DNA of 64,000 nucleotides from IMG/VR virus record IMGVR_UViG_3300042139_000023. One strand, given 5' to 3'. The translations under genes were made by a program, and so were the position numbers. Of this stretch, positions 46,478 through 54,418 are shown piece by piece. The notes under the pieces are model-generated. The model did not search any database. It was not told the DNA's origin and saw only the letters and a list, made by a program, of their open reading frames with translations. Every line of letters starts with the position of its first letter. Positions within the stretch are counted from its first letter, which is position 1. Origin of the DNA: a virus (taxonomy: Duplodnaviria > Caudoviricetes).

Positions 46478-46674
46478 GGGGTCACCTCGATCTCGTTCAG
46501 CGGCCGGGCGTCGTGGATCTGGTCGTACAGCTCCCGCAAGCGCTCGGCCGCCAGGTTGTCGGTCTTCTTCAGGGCGTTCTTCACCCACACCCGGAGCTGG
46601 TCCCAGCAGGATGTGCACAGGTACTGGCGGCGCCTGCGGGCTGCCCCGCAGCAGGGGCACGGAGTGGTGTTCAC
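46474..46674 (-). CDS. small Zn-finger protein
   Basis: CPCCG..LCTSCW. Confidence 0.6.
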   Translation of the reverse strand: MNTTPCPCCGAARRRRQYLCTSCWDQLRVWVKNALKKTDNLAAERLRELYDQIHDARPLNEIEVTP

Positions 46675-47198
46675 TGCCTCTCCCCCGTCGCCACGGCCTT
46701 GTAGGCGCGCTCGGCCAGGATCTGGAGGTGGTCGAGGATGTCCTGCGGGGCGCCCTCCTCCTCGGCCTGCCGGATGGTGTGCGCCACGGCGGCCGGGTCC
46801 TCGCGGTTCTCCCGGACCCGGCGCACGAACCGGTGCTGCCAGTAGGCATTCTCCTGCTTCATCCGCCACTCGCGCAGGGCGCGGAGCTGGCGCCTGGCCC
46901 GGGTGCGGCAGTTCATGTCCGGGCATTCGCCGTCGTGGGCGAATTCGTGCAGCACGTCGATGCCGCTCGTCACCTTCGGCGCCTTCTGGTCCTGCGGCGC
47001 CGGGATGATGTTCACCTCGGTCGACTCGCCGATCCGCCAGCCCTGGCCCCAGTCGAGCAGCACCGTGCGCACCGGGTGCGGGATGTAGTCGACCTCGTCG
47101 TAGATCTTCACGAGGAAACCGCCCGCGCCTTCGCCGTCCGGGTCGATCAGCTCGACGTACTTCCCGAGGTACTGATCGAGGTCGTTGATGTCGGTCAT
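46671..47198 (-). CDS. hypothetical protein
   Basis: ORF track. Confidence 0.7.
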   Translation of the reverse strand: MTDINDLDQYLGKYVELIDPDGEGAGGFLVKIYDEVDYIPHPVRTVLLDWGQGWRIGESTEVNIIPAPQDQKAPKVTSGIDVLHEFAHDGECPDMNCRTRARRQLRALREWRMKQENAYWQHRFVRRVRENREDPAAVAHTIRQAEEEGAPQDILDHLQILAERAYKAVATGERQ

Positions 47199-47458
47199 GC
47201 GTCCCTCCGGTTCAGGATCGCGAGCCGCGCCTGCGAGGCCCAGTTCCTCTCGCCGGGCACGACCTCCGCGTGCATGCGGTCGGAGAACGCCTCACCCAGA
47301 CTCACGCCCTCCGGGCGGTTGTCGAGCAGTTCGATCGCCACGGTGGCGAGCTTCAGGGCCTCCTCGTCGGTAAGGCCGGGGTAGATCTTCCGGACCTCGT
47401 CCGTGATCGTCCCGAGCAGCTTGATCACCGGCCACCCGTCGTCCGGCCCGGTGTTCAC
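47195..47458 (-). CDS. hypothetical protein
   Basis: ORF track. Confidence 0.65.
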   Translation of the reverse strand: MNTGPDDGWPVIKLLGTITDEVRKIYPGLTDEEALKLATVAIELLDNRPEGVSLGEAFSDRMHAEVVPGERNWASQARLAILNRRDA

Positions 47459-47898
47459 AGGCGGTCCACGGTGAGGCCGACGACCGTCTCTCCGGCCGCC
47501 ACGACGTCGAGCTGCTGGATCACGGTCAGGTGGCCGTTGCGGACCTCCTGGCGGGTGCCCGGCGTGATCGGGTGGACCAGGGCGGCGCCGGTCGTACCGA
47601 CGTAGACGATGCGGTCGGCGGCGTACGAGAGGTTGGTGAGGCGGCCGTCGAAGGCGCTCCGGTCCAGACGTCCCTCGACTTCCGGCATGGAAGCGAAGAC
47701 GACGATGGGCCGGTCCTCACGAACCGTCTCCGCCTTGAGCGCGTCCACGTCCACGTCGGCGCTGAAGTGCCGCATGTCGAAGGCGATGGCCGCCTTCGAG
47801 ACGATCTCGCGGATCCGGGCGTAGTCCGGTCCGGCCATCAGGATCAGGGCCGGTCGGCTCGCGTCGCCGAGCAGGTGGTACGGGGCAACCTGTCCCAT
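47455..47898 (-). CDS. hypothetical protein
   Basis: ATG after GGAGAGGGAAG. Confidence 0.65.
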   Translation of the reverse strand: MGQVAPYHLLGDASRPALILMAGPDYARIREIVSKAAIAFDMRHFSADVDVDALKAETVREDRPIVVFASMPEVEGRLDRSAFDGRLTNLSYAADRIVYVGTTGAALVHPITPGTRQEVRNGHLTVIQQLDVVAAGETVVGLTVDRL

Positions 47899-47947
47899 GT
47901 TCTTCCCTCTCCGAAGTTCCTTGCCAATAAGGCTAGTTGGTTCTTCC

Positions 47948-47968
47948 ATTCTAACATGGCCCAGGCCA
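47948..47968 (-). promoter_or_regulatory. operator TGGCCTGGGCCA followed by -10 TAGAAT
   Basis: Read on - strand. Confidence 0.55.
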
Positions 47969-48014
47969 CTCGGGATACGAGAACGGGCCCCTCCTTCAGG
48001 GAGAGGCCCGTCAC

Positions 48015-48527
48015 TCAGCCGATCCGGCCGCCCGGCCAGACGAACGTCTTGATCTCGGTGTTCTTCAGGATCTTCAGACAACCGGCGCAGGGCTGCTCGG
48101 TGATGTACATCGTGGCGCCGACCAGTCGGCTGCGGTCCGAGACGTCCAGCAGGGCATTCATCTCGGCATGCACCGCGATGCACGTGCCCGGCCCGGTGTC
48201 GTACGAACTGCCGGGGGCCACCGAGAAGGCGCAGGGCCACGTCTCGCCGCAGGCACACCAGCCGGTGAAGACCCGGCACTTGCAGTCCGGCGGGTGTGGC
48301 GGCCCGGGGCACTGCGAGGTCTCGTAGTGCCTGCCGCGTGGGCACTCACCGGCCAGGCAGCTCTCACCGCCACGCGGGCCACCGTTGTAGCCGCAGCCGA
48401 TGACCCGGTGCGCCTCATCCAGCAGAACGGCCCCGACTTGGCGCCTGGTGCAGTCACCCCGGAGGGAGACGGCCTCGGCAATGCCGAGTGCCCAGGCGTC
48501 CCAGTCGGGGCGCTCCGCCGTTCTCAC
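48015..48527 (-). CDS. dCMP deaminase
   Basis: [24 protein letters not shown]. Confidence 0.9.
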   Translation of the reverse strand: MRTAERPDWDAWALGIAEAVSLRGDCTRRQVGAVLLDEAHRVIGCGYNGGPRGGESCLAGECPRGRHYETSQCPGPPHPPDCKCRVFTGWCACGETWPCAFSVAPGSSYDTGPGTCIAVHAEMNALLDVSDRSRLVGATMYITEQPCAGCLKILKNTEIKTFVWPGGRIG

Positions 48528-48730
48528 GAAGTGACCGTGACGCCCTGCGCCTCGATCCCCTTCTTCCCCTGCTGCGTCTCGAAGATCACTCGCTGGCCCT
48601 CTTCCAGGCTGCGGTAGCCCTGGGCGTTGATCTGCGAGTAGTGCACGAAGACGTCGGGCCCGCCGCCGTCCTGCTCGATGAAGCCGAAACCCTTCTCGGC
48701 GTTGAACCACTTCACGGTGCCCAGCGGCAT
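48524..48730 (-). CDS. csp: cold-shock domain protein
   Basis: [22 protein letters not shown]. Confidence 0.95.
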   Translation of the reverse strand: MPLGTVKWFNAEKGFGFIEQDGGGPDVFVHYSQINAQGYRSLEEGQRVIFETQQGKKGIEAQGVTVTS

Positions 48731-48798
48731 GTTTCTCTCCGGTCTCTCTGCTGTCTTGCCGGAGGAAATCTACCCTGTTTTTCAGCCCCGTGGCGGGC

Positions 48799-49041
48799 TC
48801 ACTTCTCGTCGGGAAGTCGGTCCACGTAGGCGGCCTTCGTGCGCCAGCGGGTCGGGCAGGCCGTGCACCGGACCTCGGAGTAGTCACTGGGGGTGCGGTG
48901 GTAACCGTTGAAGGCGGAGTAGTTCGCCCGGCGCACCGTCACCACCCAGTGCTCGAAGTGCTCCTTGCGGTTCCGGCAGGCCGTTCCCGATCGGCCACGG
49001 TCACTGACATGACCATGGCTGTCCCAGCCAGAACCCGTCAC
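48799..49041 (-). CDS. hypothetical protein
   Basis: ORF track; CxxC. Confidence 0.6.
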   Translation of the reverse strand: MTGSGWDSHGHVSDRGRSGTACRNRKEHFEHWVVTVRRANYSAFNGYHRTPSDYSEVRCTACPTRWRTKAAYVDRLPDEK

Positions 49042-49466
49042 TTCATCTCCCCTGTCTCGTCGGTGTGCTTCAGGGCGTCGGCCGCGCGAAGGGCACGGGT
49101 TGCGTCCTTCAGGAACTGGTCGACGTCGTCGTTGCCCTCCAGGAACTCGATATCGCCGAGGTCGCGCAGTTCCTGGATGTTGCGCTGGGCGGCCTTGATG
49201 CGCCGCAGCGCCTCCTCCAGGTTGCCGTGCAGGCTGCGCGCGGCCTGGCGCATGAGCCGGTTCGTCCCGGCGATCTCGGTGGCCTCGTTGAAGATGTACT
49301 CGGCCTCACTGTCGCCGCCCTCGGGCGCCTCGCCGAAGTCCAGCTCGGGTCCGAACGAGTGCCCGGTGCCGCCCTTGCGGATGGCCTCGCGAACCTCGGG
49401 CCAGCGTGCGGTATCGAGCGAACCGAGGATCGTGGCGACGTCGTACTCGCTCTCGATCTTCGTCAC
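49038..49466 (-). CDS. hypothetical protein
   Basis: GTG overlap. Confidence 0.65.
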   Translation of the reverse strand: MTKIESEYDVATILGSLDTARWPEVREAIRKGGTGHSFGPELDFGEAPEGGDSEAEYIFNEATEIAGTNRLMRQAARSLHGNLEEALRRIKAAQRNIQELRDLGDIEFLEGNDDVDQFLKDATRALRAADALKHTDETGEMK

Positions 49467-49675
49467 TGGCCACCGCCGTGGCCGAAGTTGCGCAGCGTGT
49501 GACCGTTGCCGCCGTTCTTGTAGGGATCCGGGGTGACGGCTCGCTTCATGGTGCCGGTGGTCTCGTCGCGGACCATCGGCGCCGGGGCCGGGTGTGCCTC
49601 GCCACTCTTGCCGCTGGTCGGCTGCTTCCAGGTCGAGCTGTCCACGGGCGCCTGCCCGCCGTCGTACGTACCCAT
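49463..49675 (-). CDS. small disordered protein
   Basis: ATG after GAGGAGAG. Confidence 0.55.
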   Translation of the reverse strand: MGTYDGGQAPVDSSTWKQPTSGKSGEAHPAPAPMVRDETTGTMKRAVTPDPYKNGGNGHTLRNFGHGGGQ

Positions 49676-49696
49676 CGCTTCTCTCCTCATCCGATG

Positions 49697-49730
49697 ACGG
49701 AGCCCCCAATCGCCAGACCGGGGGCTCCGT
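49697..49730 (-). terminator. GC-rich hairpin
   Basis: ACGGAGCCCCC..GGGGGCTCCGT. Confidence 0.55.
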
Positions 49731-49772
49731 GGGTTGCGATTCTTCAACTGTACCGAACTGGAGCGGAGTTGC

Positions 49773-50009
49773 CTACCCGAAGTGCATGACAGCCCGGATC
49801 GCCTGGACGTCGAACTCGGGGCCGCCGTCGAGTTCCTTCACGAAGGTGCGCACTTCCACTGCCGTCGCCTTCGGGTACTTCTCGATCGCTTCGCGGATCA
49901 GTTCAGCCGTCGCCTCGTCCGGCATGTCGTCAGCCGTCGGCGGCCTTCGCTTCACCGGCCGATGCGGGCGCCTGCCGAGGTTCCCGTCGTACCCGCCGAG
50001 CCATGTCAT
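49773..50009 (-). CDS. hypothetical protein
   Basis: ORF track. Confidence 0.6.
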   Translation of the reverse strand: MTWLGGYDGNLGRRPHRPVKRRPPTADDMPDEATAELIREAIEKYPKATAVEVRTFVKELDGGPEFDVQAIRAVMHFG

Positions 50010-50020
50010 CGCGCGCCCCC

Positions 50021-50296
50021 TTACGCCGTGAAGACGCTGATGGCGATCTTCTCGCCGGAGGCGATCAGCGCCTGGGCGAAGTCCTCCATGTAGACCGGCG
50101 GGAAGTCGGACCCGAACAGGTCGTCCACCGTGATCTTCTGGAACTGATCGGCGTGGCGCGGGATGATCCGGTACGTCGGGCCCTTCAGGTCGGCCCTGCC
50201 CGCGAAGATTTCCTTCCCGCCCGCGCGGTCCAGCGTCATCACCACGTCGCGGAACTCGATCGAACCCACGACCGTGACCGTGTTCTGTCCCATCAC
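50021..50296 (-). CDS. hypothetical protein
   Basis: ORF track. Confidence 0.65.
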   Translation of the reverse strand: MMGQNTVTVVGSIEFRDVVMTLDRAGGKEIFAGRADLKGPTYRIIPRHADQFQKITVDDLFGSDFPPVYMEDFAQALIASGEKIAISVFTA

Positions 50297-50790
50297 TTCT
50301 CCCCCTTCTTCAGCTCGGCCTCGACCTGGTCGACCAGGCCCTTCGTGCCCTTGTAGACCTGGCGCCGCTGGCTGAACTCGCGCAGGGCCTCACCGCTCGC
50401 GTACGCCTCCCTGGCGAGACGGCGCAGCTCGTCCTCCTCGTTGGGCAGCAGGCGCCGCATGACCTCGGAGCCGTACCCCACGGCGAGCTGGCCGTTGGTG
50501 CCGTCGTCCCAGGAGACGAGGAGGTTACCGGTTCCCGCGTGGATGCCGGTAACGACGCCGTGCTTCAGGGTGATGTAGCCGTTGTTCTTCGACTCGACCT
50601 TCGTGAAGGGGACGTTGACGGCCTTTTTCTTCAGGCGCATCACGCGTTCGATGTCGGCGAGCAGCTTGGCCCGCGTCGGGTGCTTCAGGTCCCGGCCGTC
50701 GAACTCGGTCAGCCAGTCACCGTCGTCGTTCACGCGCAGCTTGAACCAGGCTCCGGCGTGCTTGATGATCCCGGCCTTGTACTCCGCCAC
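50293..50790 (-). CDS. hypothetical protein
   Basis: In frame with 50293..50844. Confidence 0.65.
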   Translation of the reverse strand: MAEYKAGIIKHAGAWFKLRVNDDGDWLTEFDGRDLKHPTRAKLLADIERVMRLKKKAVNVPFTKVESKNNGYITLKHGVVTGIHAGTGNLLVSWDDGTNGQLAVGYGSEVMRRLLPNEEDELRRLAREAYASGEALREFSQRRQVYKGTKGLVDQVEAELKKGEK

Positions 50791-50795
50791 GCCGT

Positions 50796-51125
50796 TCACC
50801 GCCCGAACTGGGAGGCACCGAAGGGGCTGCGGTCCTCGTCCCACGGCTCAGGGTCGTCCGAGGTGTCGCGCGTGGCCGTGTAGACCCACATCCACTGGAC
50901 GTGTTCCTTCTTCACGACGGGTACTTGCTTGGCGCTCTCCACCCAGTACGTCCGGCCGTCCGGCACGGTGATGCCGTCCTCCTTGTGCAGGAAGGGCAGC
51001 TCGGGCATGATCCGGCCGCGCGCCGCAGGGGCGACCGTGATCCGGTACTGCTGAGGCCAGCCGGACGACATGCCGGTCCGCTTCGGCAGCTCAACCACCG
51101 TGATCTCATCGATGTCGTAGTCCAC
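50796..51125 (-). CDS. hypothetical protein
   Basis: GTG after GGAGAGGAAAAGG. Confidence 0.6.
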   Translation of the reverse strand: MDYDIDEITVVELPKRTGMSSGWPQQYRITVAPAARGRIMPELPFLHKEDGITVPDGRTYWVESAKQVPVVKKEHVQWMWVYTATRDTSDDPEPWDEDRSPFGASQFGR

Positions 51126-51271
51126 TTTTCCTTTTCCTCTCCGAGACAAGAACGCGGGGGCCGTATAGCCTCGACCGTGCGAGATCTTTTTCCAGGAGGG
51201 CCGCCACGCGGATCACTGGAGTTGGCCTCATCGCACCCATTCGCGCCCGGCGTGACGCGGTGGCACCGCCG

Positions 51272-51363
51272 TGGGCTGGAAGGGATTCGAACCCCTCTGC
51301 GCGGTTCCTGCATTCACTCGACACGACATCGTTGCAGGCAATCCTTTTCGGGGGCCGCAGCCC
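51272..51363 (-). ncRNA. atypical tRNA-like RNA (acceptor stem and T arm, no canonical D or anticodon arm)
   Basis: GGGCUG/CAGCCC acceptor; AGGGG-UUCGAAU-CCCUU T arm; internal CCUGCA/UGCAGG helix. Confidence 0.6.
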
Positions 51364-51496
51364 CACACCCCTGCCACGGGGACGACTGGAATTGAACCGG
51401 TCTACGCTCTCCGTTCAGCCCTTGATGGAGTTTTCATCGGCAGGACCTCCAGTCGGGTCTCTCTCCCGCTTTGGTCGGTACTCCAAACCCGCGCCG

Positions 51497-51569
51497 TGCT
51501 CCTGGCAGGATTCGAACCTGCGACATCCGGATCCGGAATCCGGTGCTCTATCCCCTGAGCTACAGAAGC
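51497..51569 (-). tRNA. tRNA-Arg(CCG)
   Basis: Full cloverleaf; loop TT-CCG-GA. Confidence 0.95.
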
Positions 51570-51580
51570 GTTTTCCGATC

Positions 51581-51976
51581 TCACCAGATGTCGTACAGCA
51601 TCCGGCGAGGAACCTTCTCGGCCTTCTCGTACAGCCGACGTTCGAGTTCACCCTTCGTTCGGCGCCCGGCCTCCAGCTTGCCCTTCACGTACCGCCGGTT
51701 GGCCCGCTCGTGCTTCTGGGCCCAGTAGGTACGGCTGGAGCTGGGTGTCCAGGCCCCGGTGTAGGTCCACCAGCGAGCGGTGCGCCTCACCTTCCGGGGC
51801 TGCGGCCTGCGGCCCTGCTCCTCGGCATCGCGGAGTTCCGCAGCGCTGTAGCGCAGGTCGTAGACCGTGTGCTCACGGACGGGGATGACGGGGCGGCCCC
51901 GCCAGTACATGCAGTACCCGTCCGGCCACTCCCGGATGTCGAACTTGCCCTTCAGGTGATGTGCCGTCTTGCCCAT
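51581..51976 (-). CDS. basic hypothetical protein within tRNA cluster
   Basis: ORF track; GGAGG RBS. Confidence 0.65.
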   Translation of the reverse strand: MGKTAHHLKGKFDIREWPDGYCMYWRGRPVIPVREHTVYDLRYSAAELRDAEEQGRRPQPRKVRRTARWWTYTGAWTPSSSRTYWAQKHERANRRYVKGKLEAGRRTKGELERRLYEKAEKVPRRMLYDIW

Positions 51977-52077
51977 CGGAATGCATCCTCCTAGGGCCGC
52001 GAGTTTCGCGGACCTAGGTGAAGCCGGTGGAGAATCCCATCATCACTCCAGACTGTTCAGGTACGGATGTTCCTGAG

Positions 52078-52175
52078 TGCGCGAGGCAGGGATCGAACCT
52101 GCACTGGACGTCTCCTCAGAGCCTTTCCGAGTGCCCTGTTCGCCGGGCTCTGACTCGGAGTACTCTTGCACGCGC
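52078..52175 (-). ncRNA. tRNA-like RNA with H-type pseudoknot replacing D and anticodon arms
   Basis: GCGCGUG/CUCGCGC acceptor; GCAGG-UUCGAUC-CCUGC T arm; UCCGAGU/ACUCGGA crossed with CAGAGCC/GGCUCUG. Confidence 0.65.
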
Positions 52176-52266
52176 GACCGCACTGCGCAATGCGGCCCTT
52201 TACCACCGACTGTAATTCCGACCGGGTTTTTCAGACCACGGAAGGACATAGTGTCGTCGGCACACG

Positions 52267-52339
52267 CTCTCCTGACTGGACTTGAACCAGTAACATCCGC
52301 ATTAACAGTGCGGCGCTCTGCCGGTTGAGCTACAGGAGA
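52267..52339 (-). tRNA. tRNA-Asn(GTT)
   Basis: Cloverleaf; CT-GTT-AA. Confidence 0.95.
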
Positions 52340-52478
52340 TCGAATCTGAAATTGTTTTCGTGGGCCTCATCCCTAGCACCACGCGGCGCACCGACCTTGT
52401 TCTGCTGCGCTTCTCAACTGTCCTGGCCGTCGGGCGGATGGCGACCAGGCAGTACTCCTATCTCCGCCACGTACTACG

Positions 52479-52550
52479 CTCCCCAGCCTGGATTTGAACC
52501 AAGAACGCCTGACCCAGAATCAGGTGTTTTGCCAGTTAAACTACCGGGGA
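52479..52550 (-). tRNA. tRNA-Gln(CTG)
   Basis: Cloverleaf; TT-CTG-GG. Confidence 0.93.
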
Positions 52551-52663
52551 TCGCTATGTAATTGTTGGCAACCGGACGGCAATGTTTCCGCTCTCGGGAT
52601 GCTTCCACTCGTATATCCTGCCCGCCACAGCAGAACCGTGTCCACATCTTACCGTCCGGCCAG

Positions 52664-52738
52664 TGGCCCCGACTGGACTCGAACCAGTGACCTCTGGGAT
52701 TTCACTCCAGCGCTCTTACACACCTGAGCTACAGGGCC
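52664..52738 (-). tRNA. tRNA-Phe(GAA)
   Basis: Cloverleaf; GT-GAA-AT. Confidence 0.9.
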
Positions 52739-52889
52739 TTGCACCCCTTGATGTATAGCTGGGCAGGGGCCGCCCTCCACTCACCTTCCGGAGAAGGTTG
52801 GCTCATGGACTCGCTTTGCCTCACTCTCTGCCCCGTGGATAGTGGTCTCGTGAACCACGAACTCCACGGGAATCCGCCTCCGAAGCCAG

Positions 52890-52967
52890 CGCACCTGACG
52901 GGATTTGAACCCGCGAAAATCTCCGCCTTGACAGGGCGGCGAGGACTCCAGACTCCTCCACAGGTGC
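52890..52967 (-). tRNA. tRNA-Asp(GTC)
   Basis: Cloverleaf; CT-GTC-AA; G73. Confidence 0.93.
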
Positions 52968-52974
52968 ATGTTTC

Positions 52975-53418
52975 TTATTCTTCTAGGCTAGACCACCATC
53001 CGAACTGAATGCCAGTCCTTTTCAGATGACAGTTCGCGCATCGAACGTCACATTTTTCGATCTCCTTCAGAACCGACTCCCATTTCATTGCATTCTTGAT
53101 CATGGTGGAAATCGGGTACAGCTTTTCCGAAGGCTCTCGATGGTCGAACTGTAAGACTCGGATGTCTGATTCACCGCAATCGACACAAGGCTTATCCTTC
53201 AGGTACTCCACGATCTTCTCGCGAAGCTCCTTCATGATTCTTTTGTTGCGTGTTCTCGCCTTGTCGACGTAAGCCTGTTTATTGTTGCTGTAGTGATTTC
53301 GAACGTACTCGCGCTGACAGTCGTGGCAGTGCTTGTACGTATACGGCTTTCCCTCCTTTACTGTCGTTCTGAACTCTGAATCAGGCTTGTCTTCATCGCA
53401 CTTGGTACAAATAGGCAT
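52975..53418 (-). CDS. HNH/His-Me endonuclease, likely homing
   Basis: CxxC..CxxC, CVDCG..FDHR..CANCH; AT-rich relative to flanks. Confidence 0.8.
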   Translation of the reverse strand: MPICTKCDEDKPDSEFRTTVKEGKPYTYKHCHDCQREYVRNHYSNNKQAYVDKARTRNKRIMKELREKIVEYLKDKPCVDCGESDIRVLQFDHREPSEKLYPISTMIKNAMKWESVLKEIEKCDVRCANCHLKRTGIQFGWWSSLEE

Positions 53419-53432
53419 TGATAGCTTTCAGG

Positions 53433-53507
53433 TCGAGGTGGCGAGATTTGAACTCGCGTCCTTCCGATCCGTAGTCGGCTGCCCCATCCGAACTGGGCCA
53501 CACCTCG
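53433..53507 (-). tRNA. tRNA-Arg(ACG) with C1:G72 Pro-like acceptor
   Basis: Cloverleaf; CT-ACG-GA. Confidence 0.9.
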
Positions 53508-53597
53508 TTCAGCCTTTCACCCTTCGCGCCAAGCGTGACCAAGGCAGGATCCAGGCCGACCACACCCAAGCCCCAGGAAGCCGTGAGGATGCGGCAG

Positions 53598-53670
53598 TAC
53601 GCCCTACTGGACTTGAACCAGTGACACGAGGATTAAGAATCCCCTGCTCTGCCAACTGAGCTAAGGGCGC
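53598..53670 (-). tRNA. tRNA-Lys(CTT)
   Basis: Cloverleaf; TT-CTT-AA. Confidence 0.95.
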
Positions 53671-53677
53671 GCGTTCT

Positions 53678-53800
53678 TCAGTTCTGCTTGTCGTCCTTGG
53701 GGCCCCAGTAGTGGCCCGTGTAGACGTGGACGGGATATCCGTCCTGCTGCACCTTCTTCAGGTGCCCTTCGTACGTCCGAGCTTTGCACTTACAGCTCAC
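53678..53800 (-). CDS. 40-aa hypothetical protein
   Basis: GTG after AAAGAAGGTG. Confidence 0.5.
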   Translation of the reverse strand: MSCKCKARTYEGHLKKVQQDGYPVHVYTGHYWGPKDDKQN

Positions 53801-53956
53801 GATCGCACCTTCTTTCTTGTCCCGATTTTCACAGGAACCCCTGGCTTCCCGGGACAGCGTTTCACCAGGGGTCTGCCTAACATCCAGCCGGGTCTGTCCT
53901 CCCGAGCCTTCCGCTGGCATACAGCTAACGGATTATGAGTCCGCGCTGCACCTTCG

Positions 53957-54030
53957 TATCCCTGACTGGACTTGAACCAGTGGCCTTTCCCTTATGAGGG
54001 GAGTGCTCTGACCAACTGAGCTACAGGGAC
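53957..54030 (-). tRNA. tRNA(CAT): elongator Met or Ile2
   Basis: Cloverleaf; CT-CAT-AA; G1 paired, so not initiator. Confidence 0.9.
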
Positions 54031-54035
54031 CTGCG

Positions 54036-54108
54036 AGCCTCCGACCGGAATTGAACCGATGGCATCCGACTTACGAAGACGGCGCTCTACCGACTGAGCT
54101 ACGGAGGC
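54036..54108 (-). tRNA. tRNA-Thr(CGT)
   Basis: Cloverleaf; TT-CGT-AA. Confidence 0.93.
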
Positions 54109-54295
54109 ATTCGGGGAAACCGCCCTGCTACTACCGACCCTCCCGCTCCGACCGGCAGACGCTTTCCCCTACGCAAGATGCCATCCTTGCACTCTTCGGC
54201 TCGCGAAACCGATGGCGCGGGAACTGCGGTTTCCTGGCGGAGTGGACGACGTCGTAAAGGAAAGAGGTACTTCCAGTACGCCGCCAGGAAACCAG

Positions 54296-54370
54296 TCGGA
54301 ATGACAGGATTTGAACCTGCGAACCTCTCCGTCCCGAACGGAGCGCTCTACCAAGCTGAGCTACATTCCG
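54296..54370 (-). tRNA. tRNA-Pro(CGG)
   Basis: Cloverleaf; C1:G72, A73. Confidence 0.95.
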
Positions 54371-54418
54371 GTAAAGGTTCCCCAGGGTGACGGGGGGATT
54401 GTAACCCCGGGGAACCAG

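Noticed and set aside
51272-51490. Full or permuted tmRNA
   Set aside because: No G3-U70 pair, no tag frame ending in small hydrophobic residues, and the cross-pairing of acceptor strands is poor
52565-52660. Type III hammerhead or twister after tRNA-Phe
   Set aside because: GAAAC is present but there is no CUGAnGA, position 17 would be G, and the twister L1/T1 elements are absent
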